Shown piece after piece: positions 21,899 through 32,563 of a stretch of DNA of 64,000 nucleotides. The position numbers and the translations under genes were made by a program. The notes beneath the pieces are model-generated. The model worked only from the letters and a program-made list of their open reading frames with translations, did not search any database and was not told the origin of the DNA. The stretch lies in NCBI GenBank assembly GCA_965657355.1, contig CBFHOE010000002.1:160001-224000 (forward strand). The letters are read 5' to 3'. The stretch comes from Limisphaerales bacterium (GTDB lineage: Bacteria > Verrucomicrobiota > Verrucomicrobiia > Limisphaerales > JAJOIW01). Numbering within the stretch: the first letter of the stretch is position 1; every line of letters begins with the position of its first letter.

Positions 21899-22684
21899 AT
21901 GGAAGATTATTACGAGTCGGATAAAGGTATTACAGAATACCTTCTCTTTCACTATGGCAATGCAGGAGATATTTTTGATTTTGATGCATTTCATTTTCCT
22001 GAATTCACAAAATACCCGACGCGTTGCATAGAACATTGTTATGCTGAGCTGAAACAACCGGAAGGTACGACGTCCGCTGTTTCGCCAACTGGCAAAAGAG
22101 CCTTAGACCTAGGTTGTGCAGTTGGAGCGTCGACTTTTGAGCTTTGCCGATATCATGATGAAGTGATTGGAATTGATTATTCCCATGGTTTCATCAAGAC
22201 GGCCAACGCTCTAAAAGAATCAGGACACGTGAGGTGCTCAATAGCCGTCGAAGGAAACCAAAAGAAAGACTTCTTGGCAAAAGTCGACGAATCGATTGAC
22301 AAATCCAAAGCCCAATTCCTGCAAGGGGATGCAGGCCAGTTGGATACCTCAATCGGACAGTTCGATACCATTTTCGCAGGCAACCTGATAGACAGACTTC
22401 CCAAACCAAAGCATTTCCTGCAATCTTTGGCACAATTTTGCAAAAAAGGTGGCATCGTGATAATAACCTCTCCCTACACTTGGCTGGAAGAGTATTCACC
22501 TGAGTCAGAGTGGATTTGCAAGGAAGGTAACCCACATGTAGATACTTTCACCGGTTTGAGACAGGAATTAGAGCCACACTTCGAATTGATAGAAAATAAA
22601 AATCTACCATTTGTGTTAAGAGAGCACAGAAGAAAATTCCAGCTTACATTTGCCCATGCTACTATTTGGAGAAAGCTCAAATAA
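21899..22684 (+). CDS. SAM-dependent methyltransferase resembling the OvoA C-terminal domain
   Basis: YESD...EYLLFHYG, RALDLGCAVG.STFEL, NLIDRL..P, ITSPYTWLEEY, REHRRKFQ. Confidence 0.75.
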   Translation: MEDYYESDKGITEYLLFHYGNAGDIFDFDAFHFPEFTKYPTRCIEHCYAELKQPEGTTSAVSPTGKRALDLGCAVGASTFELCRYHDEVIGIDYSHGFIKTANALKESGHVRCSIAVEGNQKKDFLAKVDESIDKSKAQFLQGDAGQLDTSIGQFDTIFAGNLIDRLPKPKHFLQSLAQFCKKGGIVIITSPYTWLEEYSPESEWICKEGNPHVDTFTGLRQELEPHFELIENKNLPFVLREHRRKFQLTFAHATIWRKLK

Positions 22685-22702
22685 CAGGACGGCAAAACTC
22701 GT

Positions 22703-25684
22703 TTATTCGAAAAGACCCTTAATGATTGAACCTGGAGTTCTTGATTTTTTGTTTTTTTCAATGGATTCCGATTCCGGTCCAACACCGGGGATCAATCCAC
22801 CTACACCTTTTATGATATCCTTGGCTGCACCTGCTGGATTCTGAATAATTTCGGTGGCGTTTTCAAGCGCCTCCCCAGGCAGGCCTGCAGCCGATTTTAA
22901 AAGCATTTGGGCAATTTGCTTTTCGTTGATATTAACTTTAGGCACTTCAGAGAATGACTTCCCTACCAGCTGAACAAAGTCGGGCATAGGAACATATTTT
23001 TGAGATTCTGGCGTGTTTTTAGGAAGAAAATTAGCGCTCTCGGCTATGTCTCTCCTGAGGCTCACTGTGAGAGGGAGTTTAAATGTATTTTTCTTGAGAT
23101 TTTCTTGAATAGAAACCGTTCCATCGGCTGATATTTCAAAGGGTTCTGTAGCAACACGAGCTTTTTTGATATTCAGATTGTTACTACCGTATTCTGCATC
23201 TAGATTGATTTGATTGACAACTCCATCCAGCATGGGATCTATTCTCAAAACTGTAGCAATGGGAAGGATGACAAATTTTCTAAACCCACCAGTTATCGCC
23301 AAATTGCCCCCTCCCATATCAAGCTGGGTATTGGCTTTGAAATTATTTTTTATACTGTCGGATGTGAGTCCTTTTCCCGAAAAACCGAGGGCGAAGTCCA
23401 ATTGGCCTGTATGTTTTGATGGATCAACTTTCTGACCAAATGATGTCATCAGACTTGCCAGTGGTAGGTCACTAAAATCGACCTTTCCAGAGTATTCGTA
23501 TCCGGGAACAGAAACGTCCGCTGAGAATTTTGAATTAATCGGCATCCCTAATATATCAAACCGCAGCGGATTAACGTCGATTTTCCCATCTTTAATAGTT
23601 TTGATGAGTTCGACATTGTCCGCTGTCATTTTGTCATACACTAGCTTATCAATTTTGAGCTTGGTAACTAGGTGCTTGAAAGGAAGAGTAATAGCATCAG
23701 GCTCGGATTCTTCTTTGTCTTCTTTTGGCTCGTCTTTTTCCTCTTTATTCTCTTGGGAACTTAAACTCGTTATAAAGCCATTCAATCGGGTGAGGTCCAA
23801 ACCTTCGGAAACCACATCAAGATTTCCTTTCATATCGGGATTTTCATGACCAGGCAAGACACCCGAAATCGAAAGAGAATTCATTGGCACCTTTTCCGAT
23901 GATTTTAATGATAAATTAATGGATTCTATGTCGACTTTATCCGGCTTGATTGAGGATTTGATTTCCAAACCTAGCTTTTCTGATAGGTCGAGGTCTTTGT
24001 TGTTAACAAGGTCTGTCGTACTCGTAAGAGAGAGCTCTCCATCAGCACTGAAACCTCCGCGAGCCTGCATAGCAAGCAGGGATCCCTCGTTCCCGTCGAT
24101 TCTAAATCCAATATCCTCAGCGGAGAAATCGGCGAACTCCTGAATGGCCCCATTAACATTTATGAAAATTGAAGAATTGTAAAATGGGCTTTCCTTATCC
24201 CCAGTAGAAAATCCAGTGAGACTTGATGACAGATTTGCCTGCAAATCATCTCCATTAGATTGGGATGAAATATGCAATGTTGACTGAACCATTCCAGACA
24301 AACCTGATTGTGGGTCCTCACTATTACTCCATTTTGCCAAATCGAAGTCCTTAAGATTTAAAGAAAATTGGGTATTACTTATTATTGGCTTTTCACCACT
24401 GATATCGACTGACAAAGGCTTATTTAGATTGACATCAACAAAATTTTCCCCGGCTTCTGACATCGTTATATTAAACTCAGGAATCAGAGCCAATTTTTTG
24501 ATCGCGTCGTATGAGGATTGAATAGACAAACTGAGATCAACGGTCGGGATGGAGCCCTCATTTGTCCGCCACTGGATTGACTGGCCAGTCACACTTCCGT
24601 TGAACTGATGCTGTTTGAATTGATTCTGCGCTTTGTATTGCAAATCCAAAGATAAATTAGTCGTACCAAAGTCACCACCTGAACTTATGGCGAACAAATT
24701 CAAAACAGATTTGTTGATGTTGTTTGCTGAAAGGGATAAGTCCGCAGTCCCTTCTTTGGTATTTACAGGACCATTTCCTGCAATTTTTGCCAGAACATTC
24801 TCGGACCGACTGACAACCAGGTCAAATTTTTCTAGGGAACCAGGCTTGAATGCAACCTGAAAAGATGCAGAGACATCCGCAAGTTCTGAGAGCGCACCAG
24901 CAGCCTCATTAACACCGACGGTTATATCACCGATTAAATTCACAGGGGTCAACTTTTGGCTAAACTCCATATCAAGTCGCCCAGCCAAAGCCGCAAGAAC
25001 TTTATCCTCTCCTTTGGAACTACTCAGAGTAGAAGATATTTGCATTTTCCCTTTTTTACCATTCCCAAGCTGATCAATGGTAAAATTGAAACCTGCGACC
25101 TTCTGTGTAGCCCATGAATTGTCCTCTTGCTCAGTTTCTATTGTAATACTGGCATTACTAATGTTTACATTTTGGATAAGGACCTGAGGAATGTTGGCTG
25201 GCTGGGAGGGAGAGCCCGAATCAATCGGCTCCGTATCAGGATCTTTCGGAGCAGGCTTGAAAATCGCATCAGCACTTTTATTTTTATACCTCTTTAAGTA
25301 GATCACCGGTGATTCAACCAAGACTTTTTTTACCAATAATTCCCCACCGAAAAGTAATTTCAAAGCGTCATACCTGATATCCAGTTCTTTAATTTGCAGA
25401 ACCGGTAATTCTTGAGTTTTATCCGAAGACTGCACTTTTAGTTGTGCTAATTTAACTTGGCTTAAAGGATTAATTCTTGAGTTTCCAACCTCAATGACCC
25501 CTCCCAGCTGACTATTAATTTGAGGAAGAATTTTGTTCTGAAAAAAACCCTCGGAAGTTATGTAAGCATAAAGACCTATAAATAAAATTATTCCAAGTAA
25601 TGGAATAGCAAATAAGATCCCTATCAATTTTTTCTTTAGTCTTTTTGACTTTGGCTTTTTCTGGTGTTTTTTTTGGTCTTCCAT
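22703..25684 (-). CDS. AsmA-like large periplasmic protein
   Basis: Basic N-terminus plus single TM anchor, then long beta-rich region; 993 aa. Confidence 0.65.
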   Translation of the reverse strand: MEDQKKHQKKPKSKRLKKKLIGILFAIPLLGIILFIGLYAYITSEGFFQNKILPQINSQLGGVIEVGNSRINPLSQVKLAQLKVQSSDKTQELPVLQIKELDIRYDALKLLFGGELLVKKVLVESPVIYLKRYKNKSADAIFKPAPKDPDTEPIDSGSPSQPANIPQVLIQNVNISNASITIETEQEDNSWATQKVAGFNFTIDQLGNGKKGKMQISSTLSSSKGEDKVLAALAGRLDMEFSQKLTPVNLIGDITVGVNEAAGALSELADVSASFQVAFKPGSLEKFDLVVSRSENVLAKIAGNGPVNTKEGTADLSLSANNINKSVLNLFAISSGGDFGTTNLSLDLQYKAQNQFKQHQFNGSVTGQSIQWRTNEGSIPTVDLSLSIQSSYDAIKKLALIPEFNITMSEAGENFVDVNLNKPLSVDISGEKPIISNTQFSLNLKDFDLAKWSNSEDPQSGLSGMVQSTLHISSQSNGDDLQANLSSSLTGFSTGDKESPFYNSSIFINVNGAIQEFADFSAEDIGFRIDGNEGSLLAMQARGGFSADGELSLTSTTDLVNNKDLDLSEKLGLEIKSSIKPDKVDIESINLSLKSSEKVPMNSLSISGVLPGHENPDMKGNLDVVSEGLDLTRLNGFITSLSSQENKEEKDEPKEDKEESEPDAITLPFKHLVTKLKIDKLVYDKMTADNVELIKTIKDGKIDVNPLRFDILGMPINSKFSADVSVPGYEYSGKVDFSDLPLASLMTSFGQKVDPSKHTGQLDFALGFSGKGLTSDSIKNNFKANTQLDMGGGNLAITGGFRKFVILPIATVLRIDPMLDGVVNQINLDAEYGSNNLNIKKARVATEPFEISADGTVSIQENLKKNTFKLPLTVSLRRDIAESANFLPKNTPESQKYVPMPDFVQLVGKSFSEVPKVNINEKQIAQMLLKSAAGLPGEALENATEIIQNPAGAAKDIIKGVGGLIPGVGPESESIEKNKKSRTPGSIIKGLFE

Positions 25685-25828
25685 GCTTGTTTTCAGTCAA
25701 TTGTTTTGTCTGACATACTTTGATTGGGCGATTACCAATAAGGCAATTATCGTAATTGTTTTTGAGAAAATGACAATTGACAAAAGATTAGGATTTGATG
25801 ATTTCTTCGAGACACCTAAACTGAATCT

Positions 25829-28624
25829 ATGCACATGATGCGCAAAGCAAATGAAAAACAACAGAATAAGGAAAAATTCCGAACCAAGCTGGCTCTTTTC
25901 TTTTTCTTTTCTTTTTGTTGGACATTTTCTTCAGAAGCTTCAACAAACGCCAAAGGCGAAGAATTTTTCAAAAATAAAATCCTACCAATTTTGGAAAATC
26001 ATTGCCTCGAGTGCCACAGCCATGAAACAAAAATTCGCGGCGGGCTTTCTCTTGATACAAAAGGAGGCATTATCATCGGTGGGAATCACGGGACCGGATA
26101 TAATGAGAACTCTCCTAATGATAGTCTCTTACTTCAAGCCATAAGGCATGAACACCCAGAGATTAAAATGCCAAAAGACAAACCAAAATTAAATCAATCC
26201 CAAATCCAACTGCTCGAAAAATGGTTTTTGAGCAAGCTCCCAGACCCCAGAGTCCCTTTAAAGTCGGCTAAGAGCCCGAAAGATCACTGGGCTTTTAAAT
26301 CTGTCGTCCGCCCCAACCCTCCATCATTTATCAAAGACGGCACGGAGGCGACACAGCCATCGAAAACCAATCCAATCGATATTTTTGTGAGTCAAAAACT
26401 AAAACAAAAAGGCATGACCCAGTCAAAAAGGGCCGCTCCTAGAATTTTAGCGAGAAGAATTGCCTTTGATCTCACAGGGCTTCCTCCATCATTTGAAACC
26501 GTCAATAAGCTCGAAAAGAATAACAGCGAAAAAAATTATGGTAAGCTTATAGAAAAACACCTAGCAGATCCAGGTTTCGGAGAAAGATGGGGAAGGCATT
26601 GGCTCGACGTCGCAAGGTATGCGGATACCCGTGGTTATGTTTTCACGTCTGAGCGGAGATTTCCATATTCTTACACTTATCGTGATTACGTCATTTCTGC
26701 CTTCAACAACGATAAACCGTATGATCAGTTTTTAAAGGAACAGGTGGCTGCTGATCAATTTGTTCAGGAGACGAAAGATAAATCATCCCTGGCAGCTCTC
26801 GGGTTTCTTACACTAGGAAGGTCCTTTTTAAACAACAAACACGATATCATCGACGATAGAATAGATGTGGTCACAAGAGGAATGATGGGACTCACAGTGG
26901 TGTGCGCAAGATGCCACGACCACAAATACGATCCCGTATCCATGGCTGATTATTATGGCTTGTACGGGATATTCGATAGCTCTAAAATACCTAGCACCTA
27001 TCCATTATTGGAATTCAATAAAGATGACCCCAAATATATTGAATTTAAAAATCAATTAGCAAAAAAAGAGAAGGCACATAGAGATTACCAAGAAACACAC
27101 CAAAGAAAAGCTATTGAATTTGCCCGTCAAAAAACCGACAAATATTTTGAAGTCTATCTTGAATCAATGGGTAAAAATTCAAGTCAGCGAGAAGATGCTG
27201 CACGAAGCAGCAAACTTGATCCTGGCATCTTAAATAGCTGGTTTTCTAAATTACAGGATTCTGAAAAACTGGACGAACCATTTTGGGAGCCGTGGAAAGT
27301 TTTAAAAAAGATTAAGTCTGACCAGGACTTCAAATCCAAATCCAGATCCTACCTCGAGTTATTAAATTCAAATTCCAAAGACAAAGACAAAGAAAAGTGG
27401 GTCAAACTGATAAAAAATCTTTTGGCCAAAGAACTTGAGAGCTTTGATGATGTGGTTAGTATTTATGGCAGATCCATTTCTGAATCGCTCACCACCGAAG
27501 CCTCTGGGTTAATGGGTATCAGGGATTGGGTCATGTCAAATGATTCCCCTCCATCAATCCCTCTTCACCAGGCGACCCGATTGTTGGATGTCGCCAAGCA
27601 GCAGCGAATTAGAGGATTAAAACGAGATATCGAGAAGCATGTAGCAACGCACCCCGGGGCCCCACCCCGAGGAATGGCGCTTATTGACAAACCTTCCCCG
27701 GTGGAGCCAGTTATTCTGGAAAGAGGGAACCCGAGGAGAAGAGGAAGAAAAGTGCCGAGACAATTTTTGGGAATTCTCACCCAAGGTGCGAGCACTCCCT
27801 ATAAAATTGGAAGCGGAAGAAAAGAGCTCGCTCTTGACATAGCAAATAAATCCAACCCATTAACTGCTCGAGTTTTTGTAAATAGAGTCTGGGGGCACCT
27901 TTTTGGAAGCCCACTTGTTGCCACTCCTAGTGATTTTGGCGTCCGCTCTGAAGCTCCCGTGCACCAGGAATTATTAGATTACCTATCTTGGGAGTTTATG
28001 GAAAATGGATGGTCCATTAAAAACCTGATCCGGACGATAATGACCTCCCAAACTTACCAGCAAAGTAGTTTTCGAAAAGATGGATATGAAATGTCAGACC
28101 CTGATAATAGCTTGTTTTGGAAGATGAATAGAAAAAGGCTCGAGTTTGAACCCATGCGAGACCAAATGCTTCATCTAGCTGGTCGGCTGAACCGAGCATT
28201 TGGAGGACTGCCAGCGTCCATTTACAAACCGCCATTTGAGCCAAGGCGCTCCATTTATGGATTCATTGAAAGGCAAAACCTCCCCAGCGTCCTCAAAACA
28301 TTTGATTTTGCCAGTCCGGACACAACGAGCCCCAAAAGATTTACGACAATGGTGCCTCAGCAACCGCTTTTTATGATGAACAATCCTTGGTTCCAGGACC
28401 AGGCAAAAGCATTTGCCTCACGGGCAGAGAAACAGGCTGGTCAGTCAGACGAAAACCAAATAAAGGCAATCTTCAAATTGGCATACCAACGAATGCCGAG
28501 TTCATCAGAAGCCAAGTCATGCTTAAATTTTATCTCTTCGAGCTCCAATGAGAAGGATTTTCCACCCCTCGCCCAGCTAGCCCAAGCTATTCTCATGAGC
28601 AATGAGGTTCATTTTGTAGATTGA
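25829..28624 (+). CDS. Planctomycete cytochrome c / DUF1549 / DUF1553 protein
   Basis: CLECH and CARCH heme motifs; HWAF, GERWGRHWLDVARYADT, NPLTARVFVNRVW, DFASPD. Confidence 0.92.
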   Translation: MHMMRKANEKQQNKEKFRTKLALFFFFSFCWTFSSEASTNAKGEEFFKNKILPILENHCLECHSHETKIRGGLSLDTKGGIIIGGNHGTGYNENSPNDSLLLQAIRHEHPEIKMPKDKPKLNQSQIQLLEKWFLSKLPDPRVPLKSAKSPKDHWAFKSVVRPNPPSFIKDGTEATQPSKTNPIDIFVSQKLKQKGMTQSKRAAPRILARRIAFDLTGLPPSFETVNKLEKNNSEKNYGKLIEKHLADPGFGERWGRHWLDVARYADTRGYVFTSERRFPYSYTYRDYVISAFNNDKPYDQFLKEQVAADQFVQETKDKSSLAALGFLTLGRSFLNNKHDIIDDRIDVVTRGMMGLTVVCARCHDHKYDPVSMADYYGLYGIFDSSKIPSTYPLLEFNKDDPKYIEFKNQLAKKEKAHRDYQETHQRKAIEFARQKTDKYFEVYLESMGKNSSQREDAARSSKLDPGILNSWFSKLQDSEKLDEPFWEPWKVLKKIKSDQDFKSKSRSYLELLNSNSKDKDKEKWVKLIKNLLAKELESFDDVVSIYGRSISESLTTEASGLMGIRDWVMSNDSPPSIPLHQATRLLDVAKQQRIRGLKRDIEKHVATHPGAPPRGMALIDKPSPVEPVILERGNPRRRGRKVPRQFLGILTQGASTPYKIGSGRKELALDIANKSNPLTARVFVNRVWGHLFGSPLVATPSDFGVRSEAPVHQELLDYLSWEFMENGWSIKNLIRTIMTSQTYQQSSFRKDGYEMSDPDNSLFWKMNRKRLEFEPMRDQMLHLAGRLNRAFGGLPASIYKPPFEPRRSIYGFIERQNLPSVLKTFDFASPDTTSPKRFTTMVPQQPLFMMNNPWFQDQAKAFASRAEKQAGQSDENQIKAIFKLAYQRMPSSSEAKSCLNFISSSSNEKDFPPLAQLAQAILMSNEVHFVD

Positions 28625-28641
28625 AACTCATAGCTTTAACA

Positions 28642-29439
28642 ATGGAACCCCGGGACGCATCTATCATTGGAATTATTCCGGCAGGTGGAGTGGCTAGCCG
28701 GCTTGGTCATTTACCCTGCAGTAAAGAGCTTTTACCTATACCATGCCATTCCGAGCACCCCATTCCAGTTGGGACTTTCTTGATCAACAACCTAAAACGC
28801 GCCGGGGCATCACAAATCAATTGGGTTATCCGAAAAGGGAAATGGGATATCCCTCAATATTATGGAAGCGGGCGCAGTTTTGACATCCCAATGTGTTATA
28901 ATATTATGGAATATCCACATGGCCCTCCTTTCACAATAAACGAGAGCTATTCGAATATAAGAGGCAAAATCGTTCTTCTTGGTTTTCCAGATATTCTAAT
29001 AGATCACCCCAACCCATTCGTTCCTCTTATAAACGAGATTAGACAAGGTAATTTCGAAGTCACATTGGGCATTGTTCATTGTGAAGACCCAAAAAAAATT
29101 GATGTGGTGGAGATGAATGACGACGGTGAAATCACTAAGATAATCCCGAAGCCTAAAACAGATGTAAACAAGCAAGCGTGGATTTGGGCTGCATGGAGTC
29201 CAAGATTTACCGAGTTTTTGCATCATGTCATAGAGGAAAAAGTAGAATCTATCAAAAGCAGTGAATCGATTCAGAAAGAAGTGAAAGAACTGCACGTTGG
29301 AGATGTGATGCAGCAATTTATTAATGCAGGGGGCAAAGTCAAAGGGATCAAATTTCAGGAAACTCGATTTTTAGATATTGGCACAACCTCGGGATGGAAA
29401 AAAATTGAACAATTTAGATTCCTGAAACATCCAATGTAA
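28642..29439 (+). CDS. Sugar-phosphate nucleotidyltransferase (RmlA-like); ORF open from 28621
   Basis: GIIPAGGVASRLG..P.SKELLP, GFPD, FLDIGT. Confidence 0.8.
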   Translation: MEPRDASIIGIIPAGGVASRLGHLPCSKELLPIPCHSEHPIPVGTFLINNLKRAGASQINWVIRKGKWDIPQYYGSGRSFDIPMCYNIMEYPHGPPFTINESYSNIRGKIVLLGFPDILIDHPNPFVPLINEIRQGNFEVTLGIVHCEDPKKIDVVEMNDDGEITKIIPKPKTDVNKQAWIWAAWSPRFTEFLHHVIEEKVESIKSSESIQKEVKELHVGDVMQQFINAGGKVKGIKFQETRFLDIGTTSGWKKIEQFRFLKHPM

Positions 29440-29687
29440 TGAATGCCAGTTACAAACAAAGATGTCAACCGAAGGCTGATCTTTAGGGCATCACGATTGA
29501 ATTTGATAATTATTAAATGCCGTGTCGTCTATTCAAACACTTTGTCATTTTAGACTGATCGACTTAGCTAGGTATGTTGATTCATTTCCTGCCAAATGTT
29601 ATTTTCCGATAGTCATCAAGAAAGTTATCCCAATTTTTTAAACTAAAAAAATTTTTGATTTTGCCTTACAAAACAAAAGCAACCAAC

Positions 29688-30329
29688 ATGAAAAGGTCGA
29701 GGTATTTTACTAAAGGAGTGAAAGGTTTTGTCGTTTTTCTTGTTTTCATATTTATCACAGACTTCCCGCTATTTTCCGCACCTAAAGAGGAATTGAAAAA
29801 GCCAGACAAACCAGTTCCCGCAGCTAAACGCGATAGAATCAAGTTCGGGCTGAAAATTTACCATATCCCCTCCTCCTCAACTTTTTTTTGGGACAAAAAC
29901 CTTATCAACTTAAAGCGCCGAAATCCAACTGGACAAGGGATTCTGCCTAAAAACAAAATCGAGACATTTGAACAAGTTATCGAATTACAAAAAGGAAAGC
30001 TGATTGTCAATGGCTCCGTTGTAACAATTCCAAATGGCAACGCATCCATGGCCACAAGTGGGGTCAGTCATAATGTTAAAATATCAATAAAAAATGTGAC
30101 CATCGATAAGGATCATTTGGAATTTGATTTTAATTTCGGCGTTCTTAAAAGAAAAAGATCAAGCCCAGATCATCAACCGCTGAAAAAATTTGAATGCGGT
30201 TGGGGGGGCAAAGTTCCCTTTGGTTCAAGTTTATATTTGGTCTCCCGCTCAAAAGATCTAAAAATCGATGATAACTATGTGGTTATTATATCCCCAATAT
30301 TACAACCTGTATTAGATGAAGCCAAATAA
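29688..30329 (+). CDS. Secreted hypothetical protein, paralog 1 (ORF open from 29655)
   Basis: Signal-like N-terminus; homologous along its length to 30371..31033. Confidence 0.8.
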   Translation: MKRSRYFTKGVKGFVVFLVFIFITDFPLFSAPKEELKKPDKPVPAAKRDRIKFGLKIYHIPSSSTFFWDKNLINLKRRNPTGQGILPKNKIETFEQVIELQKGKLIVNGSVVTIPNGNASMATSGVSHNVKISIKNVTIDKDHLEFDFNFGVLKRKRSSPDHQPLKKFECGWGGKVPFGSSLYLVSRSKDLKIDDNYVVIISPILQPVLDEAK

Positions 30330-30370
30330 GACGTATTCACTCAGCTAAAACACTATATAAATTTGATAAC

Positions 30371-31033
30371 ATGACCACGGAAGTCGATGACTTTAAATTT
30401 ATTAAGACACTGCTAAAATACTTTTTTTCAATATGTCTCTGCTCTCAAGTTTCCTTGGCAGAACAAGAGCAGGAAAAGAGTATTCGTATGGATCTGGCCA
30501 CGCAGAAGCTCATCAAACTTTTGCCCGCCAAAAAAAGGAATCAAGAACCCTTGAAAATCCACACTCAGGTCTACCACATCCCATCTTCATCAACATTTTT
30601 TTGGGATAAAAACCTAATAAATTTGAAGCGCCGAAACCCCATGGGGCAAGGAATATTGTCTGAAAAGGAAGTCGAGACATTCAAAAAAGTGATCGAATTA
30701 CAAAGCGGAAAAAAGATCGCCAATACCTCACTACAGACTTTCCTTGGGGGGAAAGCACTCCTGGGAATCGCTCACTTCAATGCTCAAAGCAGTTTTCTAA
30801 AGATAATTTCCAGTTCCTTAGACAAAAATAATCTTCAAATGAAGTTGGTTTTTGGTATCGGGGACAAAGTCCCCGAAAAAAACGATCTCAATAAAAAGGC
30901 AAATTACGATTGTGAATGGGCTGGCAAAATCCCTTTAGGAACAACACTTTACCTGGTTTCCAGGTCTAAATCCTTAAAGGACGAAAACAACTACCTTATC
31001 CTAATGAAACCTACGATAACGGAGAAAAATTAG
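30371..31033 (+). CDS. Secreted hypothetical protein, paralog 2
   Basis: Signal-like N-terminus; shares YHIPSSSTFFWDKNLINLKRRNP, W.GK.P.G..LYLVSRSK.LK with paralog 1. Confidence 0.8.
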   Translation: MTTEVDDFKFIKTLLKYFFSICLCSQVSLAEQEQEKSIRMDLATQKLIKLLPAKKRNQEPLKIHTQVYHIPSSSTFFWDKNLINLKRRNPMGQGILSEKEVETFKKVIELQSGKKIANTSLQTFLGGKALLGIAHFNAQSSFLKIISSSLDKNNLQMKLVFGIGDKVPEKNDLNKKANYDCEWAGKIPLGTTLYLVSRSKSLKDENNYLILMKPTITEKN

Positions 31034-31120
31034 GACTTTTTGACATATGAATGGTCGATGAATTGGATTGACCACTCTTATGTGTAACATATTATTAACG
31101 ACAAACCCTTATATTAGAAA

Positions 31121-32488
31121 ATGAGCGAGAAAAAGAACTCCCAGAACAATGCAGGTGAATCACGCCGTGGATTCATTAAGAAGTCCGCAGCAGTTGCTGC
31201 AACTGCTGCTGCTGCAAACTCCCTAAAATCCCCAGTCTATGGTCAAGCCCCTTCAGCCGGTCGTGTTATTGGTGCCAATGACAGAATCGTTGTTGGTTTT
31301 GTCGGAGTCGGGGGTCAGGGCATGGCACACGTCAGAAGTATCAAAAGAAACGCTGCCGCGAACAATGTAGCTATCGCCGGCGCATGTGATGTCTCTAAAA
31401 CACGCACAAATCAAGCTGTTGAATATATAGGAGGCAGTGCTAAAGGTTACGAAGACTATGAAAAAATGGTCGAGCGAAAAGACATAGACGTCATCGTTTG
31501 TTCCACAGTAGATCACTGGCACACAGATATCACTTGTGCTGCTTTGGAAAGTGGAAAGCACGTCTATTGTGAAAAACCAATGACAAGATACCTGGGAGAA
31601 GCCTTCCGCATTTATGATTCAGCGAAAAGCTCAGGCAAACTCGTTCAAGTCGGTGCTCAAAGAACAAGCTCCGGTGCATACCACAAAGCAGCTGCGATGA
31701 ACAAAGAAGGCCTTGCTGGCCCTCTCGTGTTGGCCACAGGATCTTACATGCGTAATAACCCGAAAGGAGAGTGGAATTATCAAATTCCCGCGTATGCAAC
31801 AGCTAAAGACATTAACTGGGAAAAATGGATGGGGCGCGTCCACAAAAAAGAACCTTTCAATGCCGACCACTGGCGCAGATGGAGAAAATATTACCCTTAT
31901 TGTGCAGGTGTTCTTGGGGACCTTCTCCCTCATAGATTGCACCCGCTCATGCTGGCAACCGGAAACGTTCAATTTCCTACCCGCGTAGTCAGTCTTGGTA
32001 ATAGCGCATTCCAAACCGATAAAAACACACCAAATACTTACATGAGAAGTGTTGACGAAAATGTTCAGCTTCTTGCTGAATTCCCTGGTGGGTTCAACCT
32101 CTTTCTCACCAGTGGCACTGTAAACGAACAAGGGATCACCGAAATGATCCGCGGTCATTTTGGATCAATGTATCTCGGAAATGGTAAAGTCGACTTCAGA
32201 CCTGAAAGACCATTCGCTGATGAATTCGACCCAGAAACACACAACGGTTTACAACCTGGAGAAAGTATCTCATCCCATGAGAAAAACCTATTTGACGCCA
32301 TACGCAGTGGCAACCAACCAAGTGCAAACATTGATCTTGCAGTTAAGGTACAAACCGTTGTCTCACTTGCAGAAATGTCAGACAGGCTGAACATTATGTG
32401 CCTATTCGACGAAAAAACACGCAAAGTGACCACAGGCGATGGTCGCGAAGTCGAACCAATCACATACGGTTCTGTGGAACTTTCATAA
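31121..32488 (+). CDS. Tat-exported Gfo/Idh/MocA oxidoreductase
   Basis: SRRGFIK Tat motif; VGVGGQG, DHWH, GKHVYCEKPM. Confidence 0.92.
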   Translation: MSEKKNSQNNAGESRRGFIKKSAAVAATAAAANSLKSPVYGQAPSAGRVIGANDRIVVGFVGVGGQGMAHVRSIKRNAAANNVAIAGACDVSKTRTNQAVEYIGGSAKGYEDYEKMVERKDIDVIVCSTVDHWHTDITCAALESGKHVYCEKPMTRYLGEAFRIYDSAKSSGKLVQVGAQRTSSGAYHKAAAMNKEGLAGPLVLATGSYMRNNPKGEWNYQIPAYATAKDINWEKWMGRVHKKEPFNADHWRRWRKYYPYCAGVLGDLLPHRLHPLMLATGNVQFPTRVVSLGNSAFQTDKNTPNTYMRSVDENVQLLAEFPGGFNLFLTSGTVNEQGITEMIRGHFGSMYLGNGKVDFRPERPFADEFDPETHNGLQPGESISSHEKNLFDAIRSGNQPSANIDLAVKVQTVVSLAEMSDRLNIMCLFDEKTRKVTTGDGREVEPITYGSVELS

Positions 32489-32513
32489 TCACGACTCGAT
32501 TTACAATATTCGT

Positions 32514-32545
32514 AAAAGCCTCGCTTTCCAGCGGGGCTTTTTTTT
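32514..32545 (+). terminator. Intrinsic terminator
   Basis: AAAAGCCTCGCT-ttcc-AGCGGGGCTTTT followed by further Ts. Confidence 0.85.
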
Positions 32546-32563
32546 GTTTCATTAGTACGAATC

